This document shows, piece by piece, positions 61,133 through 64,000 of a DNA stretch of 64,000 nt. Under the pieces are notes generated by a model, which did not search any database, was not told where the DNA came from, and was given only the letters and a program-made list of their open reading frames with translations. The first letter of the stretch is position 1. The number at the start of each line of letters is the position of its first letter. This DNA comes from Candidatus Levyibacteriota bacterium. GTDB taxonomy: Bacteria > Patescibacteriota > Microgenomatia > Levybacterales > UBA12049. Made by a program: the position numbers and the translations under genes. The stretch is taken from NCBI GenBank assembly GCA_027459745.1, contig DAIDHL010000004.1:15240-79239 (forward strand), written 5' to 3'.

Positions 61133-61402
61133 TTAGTTCTTCAGACCTATTTTCTTTAATATTTCGCCTGATCTTGCTTTATCAACTTTTTCTAAAAAGT
61201 TAATCAATCTGCGTCTTTTTGCGATCATGGATAACAAGCCTCTGCGACTATGTACATCATGAGCGTGAATTTTTAAATGTTCAGCCAAACGATCGATACG
61301 GTGACTGAGAAGAGCAATTTGTACTTCAGGACTGCCAGTATCACTGTCGCCAGTCTTGAATTGTTTGATGATTTCTTGTTTTTGTGTAGTATTCAACGGC
61401 AT
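61133..61402 (-). CDS. rpsO: 30S ribosomal protein S15
   Basis: DTGSPEVQIALL, HDVHSRRGLL; ATG 61402. Confidence 0.97.
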   Translation of the reverse strand: MPLNTTQKQEIIKQFKTGDSDTGSPEVQIALLSHRIDRLAEHLKIHAHDVHSRRGLLSMIAKRRRLINFLEKVDKARSGEILKKIGLKN

Positions 61403-61585
61403 AGTAAAACGTATTATACCAGTTTTTTTATTTCCTGGCAACCAACCAGTAAAGCTACCTTTGTTTATCCTTCTAACAGAAAACCCATCCCTGTGCCTGG
61501 AAGGGGCAAATATGCTATACTAGTTCTTACCACATCTCGTCAGTGTAACCTCATTACATGAGTTGTAGTTTTCAACCAAATAGCT

Positions 61586-63061
61586 ATGATTATCGCCAAA
61601 AACATCTCTTATTCCTATTCTCGACTCAATGTCTATGAAGAATCCAGCTTTTCGGTAGTCAAAGGTAACACTGTAGCTTTGGTGGGTCCCAACGGCGCGG
61701 GCAAATCTACACTTTTTAAACTCTTGATGGGTGAAGATACTGTTTCTGATGGTACATTAGAAGTTGTAGGCAAAATTGGCTATGTCCCCCAGGAAATCAA
61801 ACATGATCCTATTCTTGAACAAGCACCAGATATCCGATCTTATATCGATCCTGAGCTAAAAAAGGAAGAATATGAATTGCTGATAATGATGCATTCACTC
61901 GAGGTTAACGCAGAATTAGATACTGCACCTAGAATCCTGAGTGGCGGCCAGAGAACCAAACTTGCCCTGCTGCGGGCAATTATCGCTGAACCCGACGTTT
62001 TACTCCTCGATGAACCCACCAACTTTCTCGATACCGAGGGCAAACGCTGGATCATGGAGTTCTTGAGTGAATATCCCAATACTCTGATCGTCATCTCACA
62101 TGATATCAACCTACTGGATAACCATATAGATAAGGTACTGGCCATTAATCCTACTAATAAAAAGATAGAAGAATACAAAGGTAATTATTCTAAATATCTG
62201 CAGGTCAAAGAAAGTAATGAAAAAATGTTGGTCAAACAATATGAAAATGATCAACACGAAATTACGCGTATGAAAAAAAGTCTACTAAAAATGGCTCGTA
62301 TGAGTTCAGAGAAAGGAGCTCGGGCACGCGCCAATGTGCAAACACGTATAGATCGTCTCAAAGATGCTTTGCCAGAACTTCCAAGGGAATTGGCACATAT
62401 CAAATTTGTGTTACCTGATCCGCTACCAACTGGTGAAATACCGCTTAGTGCGCAAAATATTAGCAAAAGTTACAACGATGAGCTAGTTTTGACTGATGTT
62501 TCACTCTCTATTCGCCGCGGTGAAAGAATTGCTTTGTATGGACCCAATGGCGCGGGCAAAAGTACATTTATCAAGATTTTAATGGGAAGAATTCAGCCCG
62601 ATAGTGGTGAAGTGGAAAAAGATCCTAACCTGCATATTGGCTATTATTCTCAGGAGTTTGAAACTTTTGATTTTGACAAAACTATTCTGGAAACCGTAGA
62701 AACTGTGTGTAGTTTACCGTTGGATAAAATACGTCCTGTGTTGGCTAAATTTAACTTTCTTCGTCACCGCATTTTCCAGACCGTAGGCTCACTGTCAGGT
62801 GGAGAAAAAACCCGCCTCTCGATTGCTCTATTAATGCTGCAAAACTATAACTTACTCATCCTGGATGAACCAACTACCTATTTGGATGTCACCTCACAAA
62901 AAATCATTTTGGAGGCTTTGAAAAGTTATAAAGGTGCTATGCTGTTTGTCAGTCACACCGAGGAATTTGTGGAAGGCTTAACTCCTAATCGTATTATGTT
63001 ATTGCCGGAAAATAAAATTAAATATTGGATTCCTAAAGACTTAAGTAATTACGACGCCTAA
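61586..63061 (+). CDS. ABC-F family ribosome-associated ATPase
   Basis: Two GPNGAGKST/LSGG/LDEPT cassettes joined by a YKGNYS..linker; no TM segments. Confidence 0.92.
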   Translation: MIIAKNISYSYSRLNVYEESSFSVVKGNTVALVGPNGAGKSTLFKLLMGEDTVSDGTLEVVGKIGYVPQEIKHDPILEQAPDIRSYIDPELKKEEYELLIMMHSLEVNAELDTAPRILSGGQRTKLALLRAIIAEPDVLLLDEPTNFLDTEGKRWIMEFLSEYPNTLIVISHDINLLDNHIDKVLAINPTNKKIEEYKGNYSKYLQVKESNEKMLVKQYENDQHEITRMKKSLLKMARMSSEKGARARANVQTRIDRLKDALPELPRELAHIKFVLPDPLPTGEIPLSAQNISKSYNDELVLTDVSLSIRRGERIALYGPNGAGKSTFIKILMGRIQPDSGEVEKDPNLHIGYYSQEFETFDFDKTILETVETVCSLPLDKIRPVLAKFNFLRHRIFQTVGSLSGGEKTRLSIALLMLQNYNLLILDEPTTYLDVTSQKIILEALKSYKGAMLFVSHTEEFVEGLTPNRIMLLPENKIKYWIPKDLSNYDA

Positions 63062-63064
63062 TTC

Positions 63065-64000
63065 ATGACCCAACGAGACGCATTTAATTTACTCAAAATG
63101 GGACACAACGTCTACCTGACGGGAGCTGCGGGTAGTGGAAAAACTTATCTGCTTAATCAATATATCGCTTATCTCAAACAGCACAAAATCCCCGTGGGAA
63201 TTACGGCTTCCACTGGCATTGCCGCCACGCATATGAACGGCAAAACTATTCATTCTTGGTCGGGTATTGGCATCAAAGATACGCTCAATGAAAACGATAT
63301 TCGCGATTTATTGCGAAAGTCATATTTGAAAACTATTACTAAAACCAAAGTTTTAATCATCGACGAAATTTCCATGCTGCATGCCCATCGCCTCGATTTG
63401 ATTGACCAAATCTGCCGCGCTTTTAAATCTCAACCTTTTTTGCCGTTTGGCGGTATTCAGGTTATTTTATGTGGCGACTTTTTTCAGTTACCACCAGTGA
63501 GTAAAAAAGGCGAGGATAATAGTTTTGTACATACTTCACAGGCCTGGAATACCATGGAGTTAAGAGTTTGTTATTTGGATGAACAACACCGCCAGGGTGA
63601 TAAAGTTTTTCTGCAGATGCTAAAACAAATTCGTGATAATCATGTAACTCGTGACACGCGTGAGATATTGGAAAGTAGACTCAATCAGGAAGTCGAAATG
63701 GACCTCCCACCGACTAAACTGTTTACGCATAATATAGATGTCGATAGTATTAATAATCGCCAACTGGATAAAATAAATACCAAACCCAGCAGCTACCCCA
63801 TGTCCTCGACAGGTAATCCCAATCTGCTGGAATTATTAAAGAAAAGCTGCCTAGCCCCGGAAAAATTACAATTAAAAAAAGACGCCGTCGTGATGTTTGT
63901 CAAAAATAATTTCGCTAAAGGCTATGTTAATGGAACTTTGGGTAAAATTATTGGTTTTGATAACGATAATTTCCCAATTGTCGAAACGGCTGATAAAAGA
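63065..64000 (+). CDS. PIF1-family helicase (3' truncated by the window edge)
   Basis: Manual translation MTQRDAFNLLKMGHNVYLTGAAGSGKT..., TASTGIAATH, IIDEISM, PFGGIQVILCGDFFQLPPV. Confidence 0.92.
   Translation, partial: MTQRDAFNLLKMGHNVYLTGAAGSGKTYLLNQYIAYLKQHKIPVGITASTGIAATHMNGKTIHSWSGIGIKDTLNENDIRDLLRKSYLKTITKTKVLIIDEISMLHAHRLDLIDQICRAFKSQPFLPFGGIQVILCGDFFQLPPVSKKGEDNSFVHTSQAWNTMELRVCYLDEQHRQGDKVFLQMLKQIRDNHVTRDTREILESRLNQEVEMDLPPTKLFTHNIDVDSINNRQLDKINTKPSSYPMSSTGNPNLLELLKKSCLAPEKLQLKKDAVVMFVKNNFAKGYVNGTLGKIIGFDNDNFPIVETADKR

Noticed and set aside
61500-61585. Antibiotic-responsive attenuator upstream of the ABC-F gene
   Set aside because: No convincing terminator or SD-led leader peptide is visible

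Overview
AT-rich bacterial chromosome segment. Gene content and organisation point to a Patescibacteria/CPR organism, probably Microgenomates-like; this is an inference from Pro/Thr-linker surface proteins, a sortase, an archaeal-type AMP phosphorylase, short AlaS and Lon forms, and promoters lying almost directly on start codons. TGA is used as a stop, so the genetic code is standard. Most of the window is housekeeping: secA, serS, rpsT, murJ, groES-groEL, lepA, rpoB-rpoC-rpsL-rpsG, alaS, mltG, ftsK, nth, rnj, rpsO-pnp, an ABC-F and a partial PIF1 helicase. It also holds a partial pyrimidine operon (pyrF-E-D-C) and a Mg2+ transport operon (MgtE-N/CBS, NRAMP, MgtA). No rRNA, tRNA, CRISPR array or transposase was recognised. 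The most notable observations are: (1) a family of GTCATT...AATGAC palindromic elements, one inserted in frame (102 bp, 34 codons) into alaS; (2) an accessory cassette of a promoter- and terminator-bounded ~75-nt RNA, an RxxxxH HEPN-like gene and an Abi-alpha-like gene, a candidate RNA-regulated defence or toxin-antitoxin system; (3) a structured, SD-sequestering leader before the Mg2+ operon; (4) an attenuator-like rpoB leader; (5) heptamer repeat arrays, including 3x7-nt in-frame patches in lepA and secA; (6) an actin-like/TM/baseplate-J-like protein coupled to a sortase; (7) a Lon ATPase lacking its protease domain. All family calls come from motif recognition by eye; no database searches were run.
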